DNA from: a virus
Direction: 5' to 3' (one strand)
Virus record (IMG/VR): IMGVR_UViG_3300030108_004854
Location: 9,065-73,064 of that record
DNA length: 64,000 nt
A program made the position numbers and the translations under genes. Below, piece by piece: positions 34,127 through 43,530 of the stretch. How positions within the stretch are numbered: position 1 is the stretch's first letter; each line of letters opens with the position of its first letter. Under the pieces are notes generated by a model that was not told where the DNA came from, ran no database searches, and saw only the letters and a program-made list of their open reading frames with translations.

Positions 34127-35047
34127 ATGGCGGTATCGCAGAGACAACGTTCTCAACACAATCCATTAAATCTAGGTACTTTTACTCGGACTTCTTTGCG
34201 TCTGTTGATTGGAGATCTTGGCGCTAAAAATCAAATTATATCAGGTGGTTATGGAGAATATACATACAATCATTGGTTTCAAATTACTATAGATAAACCA
34301 GCTTGGCTTATTGTTATTAAGTCTGGAAGTAAGTTAGGAACAGAAAATATTAACCCCATTAATAATAGATACGATCAAACAAGTGTACGTTTTACTACTT
34401 CTATTTATAGCCAAAATCAAACACCTATACAAGGTCGTTTAATTAACGATAGATCAACTGGATATTGGGATCAAGTGGCTGGTGCTCAATCCGATTTATA
34501 CAATACATTTAATGCTTCGTTTGCCAGTAAGAACAATGAAATGTTCTATCCATTGGCACCAGGTAATTATCTTCTTTGTGTTTCAGCTATACGTAATGAA
34601 TATTTAACCTATGGTGTGGGACTTGTTATTGAATTCCCATCAGACGATACTCAATTCATATTAAATGAAGATCCATCAACTTCATTTATGTTGCAAGAAG
34701 CTTCAACTGCAACTGATATTGGAACTTTATATCAACAAATACCTCAGCTAATTACGTCAGACGTAACACTAGATACTATTAATGGTTTTACAGAAAATAT
34801 AACACAAATCCAAAATGGTGTAGCTGTACAAGTCAATAATCAAAATCCAGAATTACAAGCTTTAACTTGGTATATCGGACCGTTATTTCCTAATATTAAT
34901 GATCAAGATAACAGAATTTTATTAGATGCTACAGAAAATTGGGTATTAACAACATTTGATCATGATTTAGGATTATGGCAAGAAGCTTGGGCTAGAGAAA
35001 ATATAGGTGCTTTTCCTGCATTTTTCATACCTTACGCAGTAGAATAA
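34127..35047 (+). CDS. hypothetical protein, possible virion component
   Basis: 306 aa, beta-rich; TAGAAT upstream. Confidence 0.75.
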   Translation: MAVSQRQRSQHNPLNLGTFTRTSLRLLIGDLGAKNQIISGGYGEYTYNHWFQITIDKPAWLIVIKSGSKLGTENINPINNRYDQTSVRFTTSIYSQNQTPIQGRLINDRSTGYWDQVAGAQSDLYNTFNASFASKNNEMFYPLAPGNYLLCVSAIRNEYLTYGVGLVIEFPSDDTQFILNEDPSTSFMLQEASTATDIGTLYQQIPQLITSDVTLDTINGFTENITQIQNGVAVQVNNQNPELQALTWYIGPLFPNINDQDNRILLDATENWVLTTFDHDLGLWQEAWARENIGAFPAFFIPYAVE

Positions 35048-35066
35048 TTGCAAAACGTGTATTCTC

Positions 35067-35222
35067 GTGTTTAATTTAGTTCCTGATATTATCAGTGAGT
35101 ATTGGAAACAACAATATCAAGCAGAAGAAAAAATAAAAAAAACAAATAAACCTGCCGATGAATTTAAAAAATTTTGTGATGATGAGCCATGGGCACCTGA
35201 ATGTAAAATCTTTGATGTTTAG
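35067..35222 (+). CDS. cp12: minimal CP12-like protein (51 aa)
   Basis: GTG start; C-terminus FKKFCDDEPWAPECKIFDV matches the CP12 C-x8-C tail. Confidence 0.75.
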   Translation: MFNLVPDIISEYWKQQYQAEEKIKKTNKPADEFKKFCDDEPWAPECKIFDV

Positions 35223-35249
35223 AATAGAAATGTAGGGTTTTTATTTATT

Positions 35250-35396
35250 ATGCACGATTTACTTGCGAATCCAATTACTTGGATTATTGTTGCAGCTGCA
35301 TCTGAAATTATTGCCTTATCTCCTCTTAAAGACAATAGTGTTGTTCAATTGATTTTACGTGCTTTAGTTCAATTAAAGCCGTCTGTAAAAAAGTAA
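35250..35396 (+). CDS. small membrane protein, holin-like (48 aa); probable -1 frameshift extension to 35563
   Basis: MHDLLANPITWIIVAAASEIIALSPLKDNSVVQLILRAL...KK; ends GTA AAA AAG TAA. Confidence 0.75.
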   Translation: MHDLLANPITWIIVAAASEIIALSPLKDNSVVQLILRALVQLKPSVKK

Positions 35397-35440
35397 AAGG
35401 GATTACTCCTCCAGACTCTGTGTTTCTTGCGACATGGAGT
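35387..35440 (+). promoter_or_regulatory. candidate -1 programmed ribosomal frameshift signal
   Basis: In-frame A_AAA_AAG heptamer (35387-35393) before the stop; -1 frame open to 35563; downstream CTCCA...TGGAG stem. Confidence 0.65.
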
Positions 35441-35559
35441 TTGAGAAGTAATCGACAAAGAATTAAAGATGAATTAATGCGTCGTAAAAATGAAGCATTA
35501 ACAGGTTCTCGCATTGATAAAGCTATTAGAGATTATAAAGAAAAAACAGGTTGGAAAGA

Positions 35560-35718
35560 CTAATTATCTAAGGCTTGAAACCAATAACAAAAACCTTGGT
35601 TTTTATCTAACCAATTTTTAAGATTGTAAGCTTCTTCTTTAGACATTGTTTTACATTCACGATGTTTAGCAAGTTCCCAGCAAACATTAACTTGTATATT
35701 ATAATTTTTATTTTTCAT
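35560..35718 (-). CDS. hypothetical protein (52 aa)
   Basis: Manual translation MKNKNYNIQVNVCWELAKHRECKTMSKEEAY... Confidence 0.55.
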   Translation of the reverse strand: MKNKNYNIQVNVCWELAKHRECKTMSKEEAYNLKNWLDKNQGFCYWFQALDN

Positions 35719-35907
35719 TTAATTAATTAATTTATTTACTAATAAAACTATAGAAGCCGCACCCCAAAATCCTAAACCAATAACTGCAAGGATAATCCCT
35801 TCAGACGTTAAAAACTTTCTTGGTGATTTTCCATTTGTTATCTCTATCTTTTTTTCCGTTCCATCCTCCATTGATTCTGTAACAGCATGCATCGAATCCT
35901 TGTCCAA
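35719..35907 (-). CDS. small membrane protein overlapping the endolysin 3' end
   Basis: C-terminal TM IILAVIGLGFWGAASIVLLV; start uncertain. Confidence 0.45.
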   Translation of the reverse strand: MDKDSMHAVTESMEDGTEKKIEITNGKSPRKFLTSEGIILAVIGLGFWGAASIVLLVNKLIN

Positions 35908-36481
35908 GACAGATACCTAAGAGATCATTATCTTTAATCCATGTTAAAGCAGAACGGAAAGGATATTGCTCAGCAACATAGTCACATCCGCGTTCCACAA
36001 TAAGTGGATCATGTAATTCAGCAGCTAGACGAGTGTAATTAAATTTTCCTGTCAGCATTAAAACTCCTGATCCTTTATATTTAGGTCCGTCATTTGGACC
36101 ATTACCCAAATCAGAACGATTATTATACGCAGTCCCATCTGCAATTTCTTTCATCCAACGAAAATTCCCTGTTTCATGCGCAAGATTTGCAATTAACATA
36201 CACATAGCTGGTTTATGTTCTGCAAAACCTGTTATCATTAATAATTTATTAAAATCACCACAAAAAGTTGCATCGAATTTACTAGCAGAATAACCAGTAA
36301 GTTCTTGCATTATCTGAGGCGTGATAATTTCTTCAGTTGGATTTGCAGGGCCAGCGCGATAAAGCTCTGCAAATTCATCCAACTGCTCATCCGTCAATAC
36401 TGATTCAAGCCAATTCCAAGCAGCTAATTGATGTGATTCTTCTTTGTAATATTTAGCTGCTTTACTCAGATTGATCGTCAT
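35801..36481 (-). CDS. GH19 (chitinase-like) endolysin
   Basis: ANLAHETGNF..KE, DLGN..DGPKYKGSG.LMLTGKFNY, RINGGWNG..DR. Confidence 0.9.
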   Translation of the reverse strand: MTINLSKAAKYYKEESHQLAAWNWLESVLTDEQLDEFAELYRAGPANPTEEIITPQIMQELTGYSASKFDATFCGDFNKLLMITGFAEHKPAMCMLIANLAHETGNFRWMKEIADGTAYNNRSDLGNGPNDGPKYKGSGVLMLTGKFNYTRLAAELHDPLIVERGCDYVAEQYPFRSALTWIKDNDLLGICLGQGFDACCYRINGGWNGKKDRDNKWKITKKVFNV

Positions 36482-36635
36482 TTAATACCTCTTTTTTTTC
36501 AGGTGTAAATTCAAGTGTCTCTAGGCATTCGCTAATAAGCTGGCTAGAAAACTGTTGTAGTGTCACATCATTTGTTGTACGTGCTGCTGCATAAGAATTA
36601 ATAGCAGAAATTAATTCTGATTTTGTACAAGACAT
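36462..36635 (-). CDS. hypothetical protein (57 aa)
   Basis: Manual translation MSCTKSELISAINSYAAARTTND... Confidence 0.6.
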   Translation of the reverse strand: MSCTKSELISAINSYAAARTTNDVTLQQFSSQLISECLETLEFTPEKKEVLNDDQSE

Positions 36636-36690
36636 AAAAATAATTTAAAGCAAATTCAGTGTAACAATTATTTTTTAAATGCGCAATAAA

Positions 36691-37026
36691 CTAATTTAAT
36701 TCAGGAGTAGACCAAGGTAAACCTGAACCGTTAATTGGAGTTTTCTTTAAAACAAGCTCTGAATCTAAAGAAGCATATAGCTCTGCAATTTTTTCTGTTC
36801 CACCAATAGCAGTTTGTGTCCATGAAATACATTGCGCTTCTGTCACATCTTCATAAGGAATCATGTCTTTTTCATCTGCAGGCTCAAGACCAACAGAACC
36901 ATACATACCGACAGTGTCTGTTTTATTTTCATCAGTAGCATTCACTGCATAATGAATTGTTTTAATCATTCCGTTAGATAGAATTCGATTGCATTCATTA
37001 ATTTTCCAAATGTAAGTGTTTGCCAT
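36691..37026 (-). CDS. tail-fibre-associated small protein
   Basis: W.I..C.R, IPYEDVTEAQCISW, GLPW; directly follows the fibre gene. Confidence 0.75.
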   Translation of the reverse strand: MANTYIWKINECNRILSNGMIKTIHYAVNATDENKTDTVGMYGSVGLEPADEKDMIPYEDVTEAQCISWTQTAIGGTEKIAELYASLDSELVLKKTPINGSGLPWSTPELN

Positions 37027-37088
37027 GATTAAACAAATTTAAGATCTTAATTAATTTTAAACCCTAATTATCGCAGGATTAAATATAC

Positions 37089-39782
37089 TTACCCAGCCTC
37101 AAGAGCTGCAACTTTGGCCGAAAGTTCAGCAACAGCACCAAGCAGTTTCATGATTAAAACGTCATTACTAATGCCCTTGTAGCTGTCGTCCAGCTCCTCG
37201 TAGGTAGCTGGTGTGACGTTACCTTCTTCGTCAGTAGTTTCAGGAGTTAACTCAGCACCTTGCTTGGTGCGGGCAATGGTTTTAACAATACCAGGGCAGA
37301 TTATTTCAGCTTCTTGTGCAACGAGACCAAGGAAGCGTGTGTCTTTATCTGCAACAGGTGCATCAGCAGTCCAATCCCAGTTGCGCAGTTTTTTGCCAAG
37401 CGCGGTTATATCGGCAAGTTGAGAGTTTGCATCAGTAATGTTTTCTTTAAAACGTTGATCAGACGTTAAAACAGAACCTTGAGCTGATACGGTGCCAGCA
37501 AATAAGGCGGTTCCGTTTGCAAGTATCTGAGAAGTAGCTCCAGATGCTCCAGTTGTAAATCCACCAAACACAGCTCCTGTACTAGTAGTCCGGCTTGCTC
37601 TGATCCCACCAGCAGGAAATAATTTAACACCATCTGCATTTCCTGCACTGGGGTCGCCACCGATTGTAACTGCACTAGTAAAGCTGGCGCTGCCATTGTT
37701 ACTTATGGAAAGAAAGTGAACTGATTGGTCCCCACTAGAAATGGCAAAATCAGGAGCAGCGTTGTGATTAACAAAACCTACTGTTACACCTCTTTCTCCT
37801 TCATTTACAAATTTTATTTTGGCCGGAGTTGAGCTACTACTTAGCTCATTTATTTCCAATTTAGCGTCCGGACTACTCGTGCCTATGCCGAGATTGCCGG
37901 TTTCGGTAAGACGCATTTTCTCAGCAGTTCCTGTCCAAAAAAGAAGATCTCCTCCACCACTGTTATCAGCCCGGATGTTTAATCCATTAGAATTTGTATA
38001 AATAATTCCAGCTCTTGCATCACTGCCATAAAATTCAAGGTAAGAAGTCGACGTAGAAGCAGTAGTATTATTATCTGTAATTCTTAATCTAGGACCAGAT
38101 GAAGACAGCTCTAGCAACTGAGCAGGACTACTAGTTCCAATGCCAAGGTTTCCTTCGTAGTCTATCGTTATCAATTCAGTATTGCTATTGCCAAAAGTAA
38201 ATAATTCTGGAGAATCATTACTGAAGCCCCCAAATTCAATGTAACCGGCAAATACAGCATCAATATGTCTTTGTATTCTATGCCTTGCTGTTTGCCAGTT
38301 AGTACCATCTGCATTTCTTCTGCATGTAAAATTTAAACGATCCTGATTCGTGGTATCAGATATAAGTCTCAAATTATCTAATTTATCGCCTGCAGTTGTG
38401 CCCAAGGCGTTGGTGGTGTTGCCTACGTCTAACAAAAACGTAGGAGTAGAATTCATAATTCCTACTTTTCCTGTGTCGTTGATTCTCATCCGTTCGGATA
38501 CAGTACCAGATGAATCTTCACTATTAAATACAATTTGCCCTGCAGTTGTGTGACGGCTGTTAATTAATAAAGAGCTGCCTGATTTGTAAATCCTTGAAAG
38601 CGTATTACTAGAAGCTGTATCTTCAAAATACAAACTGACGGCAGATCCTGCCAAATGTAGCAAGCCACTTGGCGATATTGTGCCAATTCCAACGTTCCCT
38701 GTATAGGGAACAATCCGCATCCGCTCTGAGCCTGTTTGATTATTGTTTCGAGTATAAAAACTAAGTCCACCTCCAGAGATGCCATCAATCGCACCACCAT
38801 CACCACTTGAGTTGTCAATTATTACTCGTGTATAACCGCTAGTAGTTCTTTGAAAATGAGCAACTGTAAGACCTTCTTCGCCTCCGGGAGTTTTAACGTG
38901 CAGTCCAGAATCAGGATTTGTAACTCCAATTCCAACACTTCCTTCCGCGATATAGTTGTCACCGCCATCCGTATCTAATTGTGTTTTGATTGCACCTGCA
39001 GAGTCATAAAGCCTTAATAAACCATCGTCAGACGCATCAGTTTGAAGAACCATTCCTCCGCCAGAACCATTATTTGCTCGCGCAGAAAAAAGCGATTGTT
39101 GAGTCCCAGATGCTTGAACGGTAAGTTTTGAACCAGGCGAAATAGTTCCAATCCCAATATTTCCGAGTGCATTTATGCGCATCCGTTCGACAGGACCCGC
39201 TCCTTCTTCAGTTGAAAACAACAATTCTGAATTGTCTGTTGACGAACCTAAACTTTGAATCGTGCAATCAGTAAAAGCAGTTCCAGTACGATTTCTGAAG
39301 TAAATAGTACTTCCTGTATCGTCACCTGTTCCCAGGTTTTCTAGAAATAGTAAATTTGGCGAATTTGTTGAATCAGTGGTACTAATATGAACTTTTCCTG
39401 AAGTACTCGTAACTCCAATCCCAAGATTACCTTGAAGATAGCTATCACCACTAACAACAATACCACTTGCAAAAACAACGTCTCCTTGAATGCTTGTATC
39501 TCCACTAACAACAATACCACTTGCAAAAACAACGTCTCCTTGAATGCGTGTATCTCCACTTATAGTTAAAGCACTGTCAACTAAAACATCATCTTCAAAA
39601 AAAGATTTTCCACTAACAGTTAAAATATTTTGAACACTTAAATTTCCATTAACAGAAATATTTCCATTAAATGTAGGATTATTAACTAAACCAGAAATAT
39701 ACGCAGTTGCATTTCCTTCATTAGGAGCAACTCCAGTCGTGTAAGTAATATAGTCAACGCGAACTTCACCGTATTGAGCCAT
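37089..39782 (-). CDS. tail fibre with peptidase S74 intramolecular chaperone
   Basis: Repeated ERMRI..GNVGIGT.SP units; C-terminal SDQRFKENI...GLVAQE...ELSAKVAALE. Confidence 0.92.
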   Translation of the reverse strand: MAQYGEVRVDYITYTTGVAPNEGNATAYISGLVNNPTFNGNISVNGNLSVQNILTVSGKSFFEDDVLVDSALTISGDTRIQGDVVFASGIVVSGDTSIQGDVVFASGIVVSGDSYLQGNLGIGVTSTSGKVHISTTDSTNSPNLLFLENLGTGDDTGSTIYFRNRTGTAFTDCTIQSLGSSTDNSELLFSTEEGAGPVERMRINALGNIGIGTISPGSKLTVQASGTQQSLFSARANNGSGGGMVLQTDASDDGLLRLYDSAGAIKTQLDTDGGDNYIAEGSVGIGVTNPDSGLHVKTPGGEEGLTVAHFQRTTSGYTRVIIDNSSGDGGAIDGISGGGLSFYTRNNNQTGSERMRIVPYTGNVGIGTISPSGLLHLAGSAVSLYFEDTASSNTLSRIYKSGSSLLINSRHTTAGQIVFNSEDSSGTVSERMRINDTGKVGIMNSTPTFLLDVGNTTNALGTTAGDKLDNLRLISDTTNQDRLNFTCRRNADGTNWQTARHRIQRHIDAVFAGYIEFGGFSNDSPELFTFGNSNTELITIDYEGNLGIGTSSPAQLLELSSSGPRLRITDNNTTASTSTSYLEFYGSDARAGIIYTNSNGLNIRADNSGGGDLLFWTGTAEKMRLTETGNLGIGTSSPDAKLEINELSSSSTPAKIKFVNEGERGVTVGFVNHNAAPDFAISSGDQSVHFLSISNNGSASFTSAVTIGGDPSAGNADGVKLFPAGGIRASRTTSTGAVFGGFTTGASGATSQILANGTALFAGTVSAQGSVLTSDQRFKENITDANSQLADITALGKKLRNWDWTADAPVADKDTRFLGLVAQEAEIICPGIVKTIARTKQGAELTPETTDEEGNVTPATYEELDDSYKGISNDVLIMKLLGAVAELSAKVAALEAG
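39448..39560. repeat. 54-bp tandem duplication in the fibre gene
   Basis: CCACTAACAACAATACCACTTGCAAAAACAACGTCTCCTTGAATGC at 39448 and 39502. Confidence 0.9.
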
Positions 39783-39822
39783 GGTTCTTTTTAACGCTTA
39801 ACACATATAGATGTATTCTACT

Positions 39823-41127
39823 TTATGCACTCCAAATTGTTAAGACAAAACGGCCTTCACTGTTTCCTGTACCTGATTCAATTGTTATAGCTTTAGTTCC
39901 ATTACAAGATGCACTAATACGTTCGCTTAAGTTATTGTAAAATCCTGTATTTTGATCATTTATAAAAGAAATACTAGGTGCATTTGCCGTTCCTGATGAA
40001 AATAAACCTTTTCCATTTACACGTAAATCATTTGAAATTCTAACGTTATCAGAATAAATAGTATCAAATCCAGTAATCGTACCGCTACTTGTGCCTGAAA
40101 GTGTTTGAACTCCAGTTAATGTTCTAATAACTCCTGTTTGAGCTAAAATTGTTTGCCCAGAAACAGCCCCAGTAATGCTGATACCACTTGCAAAATAAGA
40201 TTCACCACTAATAAATAAATCACCAATAACTGTTAAAGTACCGCTGATATTTTGATCACCTGAAAACTGCAGTCCAGATGCATTTAAATTATTAACATTA
40301 ATTTGATTAAATTCACCCAAGTCGCCTGTTATTGTTGCTCCAGATATTGTGCCTGTCGCTTCTAAATTATTTGTATAAATATTTTGAAATGTTCCACTCT
40401 GTGTAATTAGTTGATTAAATTGACCAAGGTCACCTGTAATAGTGGCACCTGATATTGTGCCAGTTGCTTCAAGGCTATTGAGTTGTAAATTACCAGTAAC
40501 ATTAATATCACCAGTAATAGTTGCACTGCCTGTAACAGTGAAATCATTAACAACAAGACTATCAAAGTTTCCACTTGTTACATCAAGAAATTGAGTAACA
40601 CTAAGTTGGCTAATAGTACCAGAGCCAATATCAACAAAATCACCAGTAACATTAGTTCCTGATAAAAAATCAAAATAACCACTAGCAAAATCGGTAGTAG
40701 TACCATTAGCTATTACAAAATAACCACTTGCTGCTTCAATTGTTGTTGTATTAATCTGAGTAATATCAAGTTCTGTGGCAGTAATTCCACTAGCAACATT
40801 TAAATTGCCACTGGTATTAAAATTACCTGATGCAACTACATTTTTTTGAAAAGCAACATTATTATGAAAATTAACAACGTTTTCAAAATTGCTTTCACCA
40901 CTGACAGTTAAATAGCCAGAAATAATAACATTTCCAGGTATAAATGGATCAACTTCATTTACATTTATATAATACTGATCTAAATATGTACGAAAATTTG
41001 CAAACGTAATTTTTTTATTACGCAATGCAGGATCAATCTCAAAGACGTGTACTAACGTCAGAAGATCTAAATCATTAATATCCGGTGGTAGTATGACCGG
41101 AAACTGAGTTATCCTGCGATTCGGCAC
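39823..41127 (-). CDS. tail fibre/spike-like protein, Ser-Gly-rich beta repeats
   Basis: RRITQFP N-terminus; beta-helix-like repeats; GTANAPSISF..DQNTGFY motif. Confidence 0.8.
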   Translation of the reverse strand: MPNRRITQFPVILPPDINDLDLLTLVHVFEIDPALRNKKITFANFRTYLDQYYINVNEVDPFIPGNVIISGYLTVSGESNFENVVNFHNNVAFQKNVVASGNFNTSGNLNVASGITATELDITQINTTTIEAASGYFVIANGTTTDFASGYFDFLSGTNVTGDFVDIGSGTISQLSVTQFLDVTSGNFDSLVVNDFTVTGSATITGDINVTGNLQLNSLEATGTISGATITGDLGQFNQLITQSGTFQNIYTNNLEATGTISGATITGDLGEFNQINVNNLNASGLQFSGDQNISGTLTVIGDLFISGESYFASGISITGAVSGQTILAQTGVIRTLTGVQTLSGTSSGTITGFDTIYSDNVRISNDLRVNGKGLFSSGTANAPSISFINDQNTGFYNNLSERISASCNGTKAITIESGTGNSEGRFVLTIWSA

Positions 41128-41166
41128 ACCACAACTTCCAACCTATTCTATTAATTATAGTTGGAG

Positions 41167-41613
41167 TTAATTGGATCTAATTTCAATGCGTGGCAAAATA
41201 TTTGAAGTAAAATTCCATACTGCTTGTACACTTGTTACTGCAATACAAGCCATAACAAAAACAACTAGTAACTCAGCTCTCGTTAGTCTTTGTTTAGTTG
41301 TTTTTACTTGAGTAGAAGGAAATTGATTTTGTTGTTGAGTTACAGGTTGCGCTGGTATATAACTAGATTGTGATGAAGTAGATGGAGTAGAAGGGGCTAC
41401 TCTTTGTTGTGTTTTAATTTGTTGAATAGCTTGTTGCATTGCCATTTGTCTCATCGCTTCAAAATTAGGCACTGATGGAGTTGGTGGCTGAACAGAAGGC
41501 TGAGGTTGATTTTCAGTGGCAGCAGAAAACTCAACAGGATTTTCAAATCGTTGTCCGTTGGGATCAATATAATAAGCGCCTGGCTGATTGCTAGCAGTTA
41601 CTTGCTCTTCCAT
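41167..41613 (-). CDS. membrane-anchored Q/P-rich protein
   Basis: Disordered N-terminus; C-terminal TM LLVVFVMACIAVTSV. Confidence 0.7.
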   Translation of the reverse strand: MEEQVTASNQPGAYYIDPNGQRFENPVEFSAATENQPQPSVQPPTPSVPNFEAMRQMAMQQAIQQIKTQQRVAPSTPSTSSQSSYIPAQPVTQQQNQFPSTQVKTTKQRLTRAELLVVFVMACIAVTSVQAVWNFTSNILPRIEIRSN

Positions 41614-41657
41614 TGTGAAACCGTTAATGTATAGAAACTGTAGCAGTTTTAGAAACC

Positions 41658-42095
41658 ATGTCGACAGAATTGTCAGACATTTCTTCTGAATTAAAAGGCA
41701 TTCGTAACATTCTTGCTTCTATGTGGCATAGTCGCTACAAAGATGGAGAAACGGATCAGGTTTCTCCTGAGATTTATGCTGATGAATACATTTCAACAGA
41801 AGAGTGTGCTCGTCGATTAGCAGTTAGTGACCAAACCATTCGCAACTGGATTCTTCAAGGAAAAAAAGGTACCGGGTATGGTTGGACACAAGGCGTGCAT
41901 TATATTACAATTCCTGTAGGTCCTCGTAAACAAATTATTAGAATTCCTTGGAATCATCTAATACTTTCATTTGCTAAAGGCGAGGAAATAACATTAAGAA
42001 GTTTTGATAAAAATGGTTCCAAACTATATAGCCGTAAAGCTAGACCAGATCTGGACAACGTTCCAAATCCAAATGTTCCTGATGTTGACGACTAA
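41658..42095 (+). CDS. Xis/MerR-type HTH DNA-binding protein
   Basis: YISTEECARRLAVSDQTIRNWI...WTQGVHY. Confidence 0.75.
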   Translation: MSTELSDISSELKGIRNILASMWHSRYKDGETDQVSPEIYADEYISTEECARRLAVSDQTIRNWILQGKKGTGYGWTQGVHYITIPVGPRKQIIRIPWNHLILSFAKGEEITLRSFDKNGSKLYSRKARPDLDNVPNPNVPDVDD

Positions 42096-42586
42096 TGCCC
42101 CATCGTTTCGATGGTATCCATATAGATGCCCTTACATTTGATAATTATCATGAATTATTACCAGAGGCTTTAGCTAAACAGTTAGATATGTTTGTGCCAC
42201 CGCAAGGTTCGTTTAATGAACGGATTATGCGAAGATACATTCAATCTATTAAAGAGTTTGAATTAGAAGATCCCAATAGTCATACGACATTAGCAAATCG
42301 ATTAAGGTTAGCATTTAAAGACATGCAACCAGAAACAATTTGTTCTCGTTTTCCTAATGCAGATTTACCTTTAAAGCGGAGGCTTCGTTGTGTTGCTGAG
42401 TATTTAATTAGGTCTCAAGAGTTTATTAAAATGAAAGATAGCAATGGAAATCTAATAAAAAAACGTGGAATTCTTGGCAAAATGGTCGTTATCTATCAAC
42501 CAATGCCTAAAATGTTAACAGTATTAAAGAAACAAGGGCTTTTAAAAGATGCAAAGAGAGGAGATGCTGCAGGAAGTCCTGGGTAA
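42095..42586 (+). CDS. hypothetical protein
   Basis: 163 aa, coupled start. Confidence 0.75.
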   Translation: MPHRFDGIHIDALTFDNYHELLPEALAKQLDMFVPPQGSFNERIMRRYIQSIKEFELEDPNSHTTLANRLRLAFKDMQPETICSRFPNADLPLKRRLRCVAEYLIRSQEFIKMKDSNGNLIKKRGILGKMVVIYQPMPKMLTVLKKQGLLKDAKRGDAAGSPG

Positions 42587-42914
42587 AGATGGCAAAGCTG
42601 AGTATTTAGACTCAGTTGTTAAGCTAGTTTTAGGAGATATGGGTAAGTTTTTTAAAGACTTTTGGGAAAGAGTAGGACCTGGAGTCATGGTCTTGCAACC
42701 AGGAGCAGAAGACAAGGGAATGTTTTGGCTGACATTGCCTCAACTGAACCAGGCAAAAGAAGATTCTGAATCCAAAGAGTTTCGTGATCACCTAGAGGTT
42801 ATTCTTTGTGCTGCACAGAAAATTGATCCAATGAAGAAAGCTGGTTACATGATCTGGGATGAACGTGGCACCCGTTATTTTGAAGTAGATTACGAGAAAG
42901 AGAAACAAGAATAA
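42549..42914 (+). CDS. hypothetical protein
   Basis: 121 aa in operon. Confidence 0.7.
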   Translation: MQREEMLQEVLGKDGKAEYLDSVVKLVLGDMGKFFKDFWERVGPGVMVLQPGAEDKGMFWLTLPQLNQAKEDSESKEFRDHLEVILCAAQKIDPMKKAGYMIWDERGTRYFEVDYEKEKQE

Positions 42915-43507
42915 TGGGACTACAACGCGGCAATCAACGTGTTGAAGATTTTGAATGGATCACTAATCGTGATTTAGTTGATTCAGCTCATTATGTACTA
43001 GGTGGTATTGACTTAGATCCAGCTAGTTCTAAGGTTGCTAATGAGTATGTCAACGCAAAGAACTTCTATACAATTACTGATGATGGCTTGAATGAGCAGG
43101 AGTGGCATGGGAATGTTTACCTATTCCCTCCTGCTAAATCTTATTTCTGGCATAAAAAGTCACAACGTTGGAAGACAACAAGGGGCCTATCGCCTACATT
43201 GATTTCAGGTCAGGCAATCTGGTGGAAAGCCTTAAAGCGTAAGTGGTTGTCTGGTGAAATTGAATCCGGTATTTATTTTACAAACTACATGGACATGGCT
43301 ATGTATTGTCAAGATATTTTTGATCATCCTGTTTGCATTATGGCTAGCAGGCCTACTTTAATTAGGCATTATTTTCATGAAGATAAGTTTACTCGTCAGA
43401 ACACTGCAACATCAATGATTGTTTATTTGCAGCCACGCAATAACGTGGAAGAATCAACCCAATGTTTTGTAGAAACCTATCAACCAAAGGGCAGAGTTTT
43501 ACTGTAG
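42914..43507 (+). CDS. phage DNA N6-adenine methyltransferase-like protein with altered catalytic motif
   Basis: EWIT, IDLDPAS, DDGL..EW.GNVYLFPPA where NPPY is expected. Confidence 0.75.
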   Translation: MGLQRGNQRVEDFEWITNRDLVDSAHYVLGGIDLDPASSKVANEYVNAKNFYTITDDGLNEQEWHGNVYLFPPAKSYFWHKKSQRWKTTRGLSPTLISGQAIWWKALKRKWLSGEIESGIYFTNYMDMAMYCQDIFDHPVCIMASRPTLIRHYFHEDKFTRQNTATSMIVYLQPRNNVEESTQCFVETYQPKGRVLL

Positions 43508-43530
43508 AGTTATAAAACTGCTTATGAAAT

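Noticed and set aside
37089-41127. Diversity-generating retroelement targeting the tail fibres
   Set aside because: No reverse transcriptase and no template/variable repeat pair differing at adenines was seen in the window
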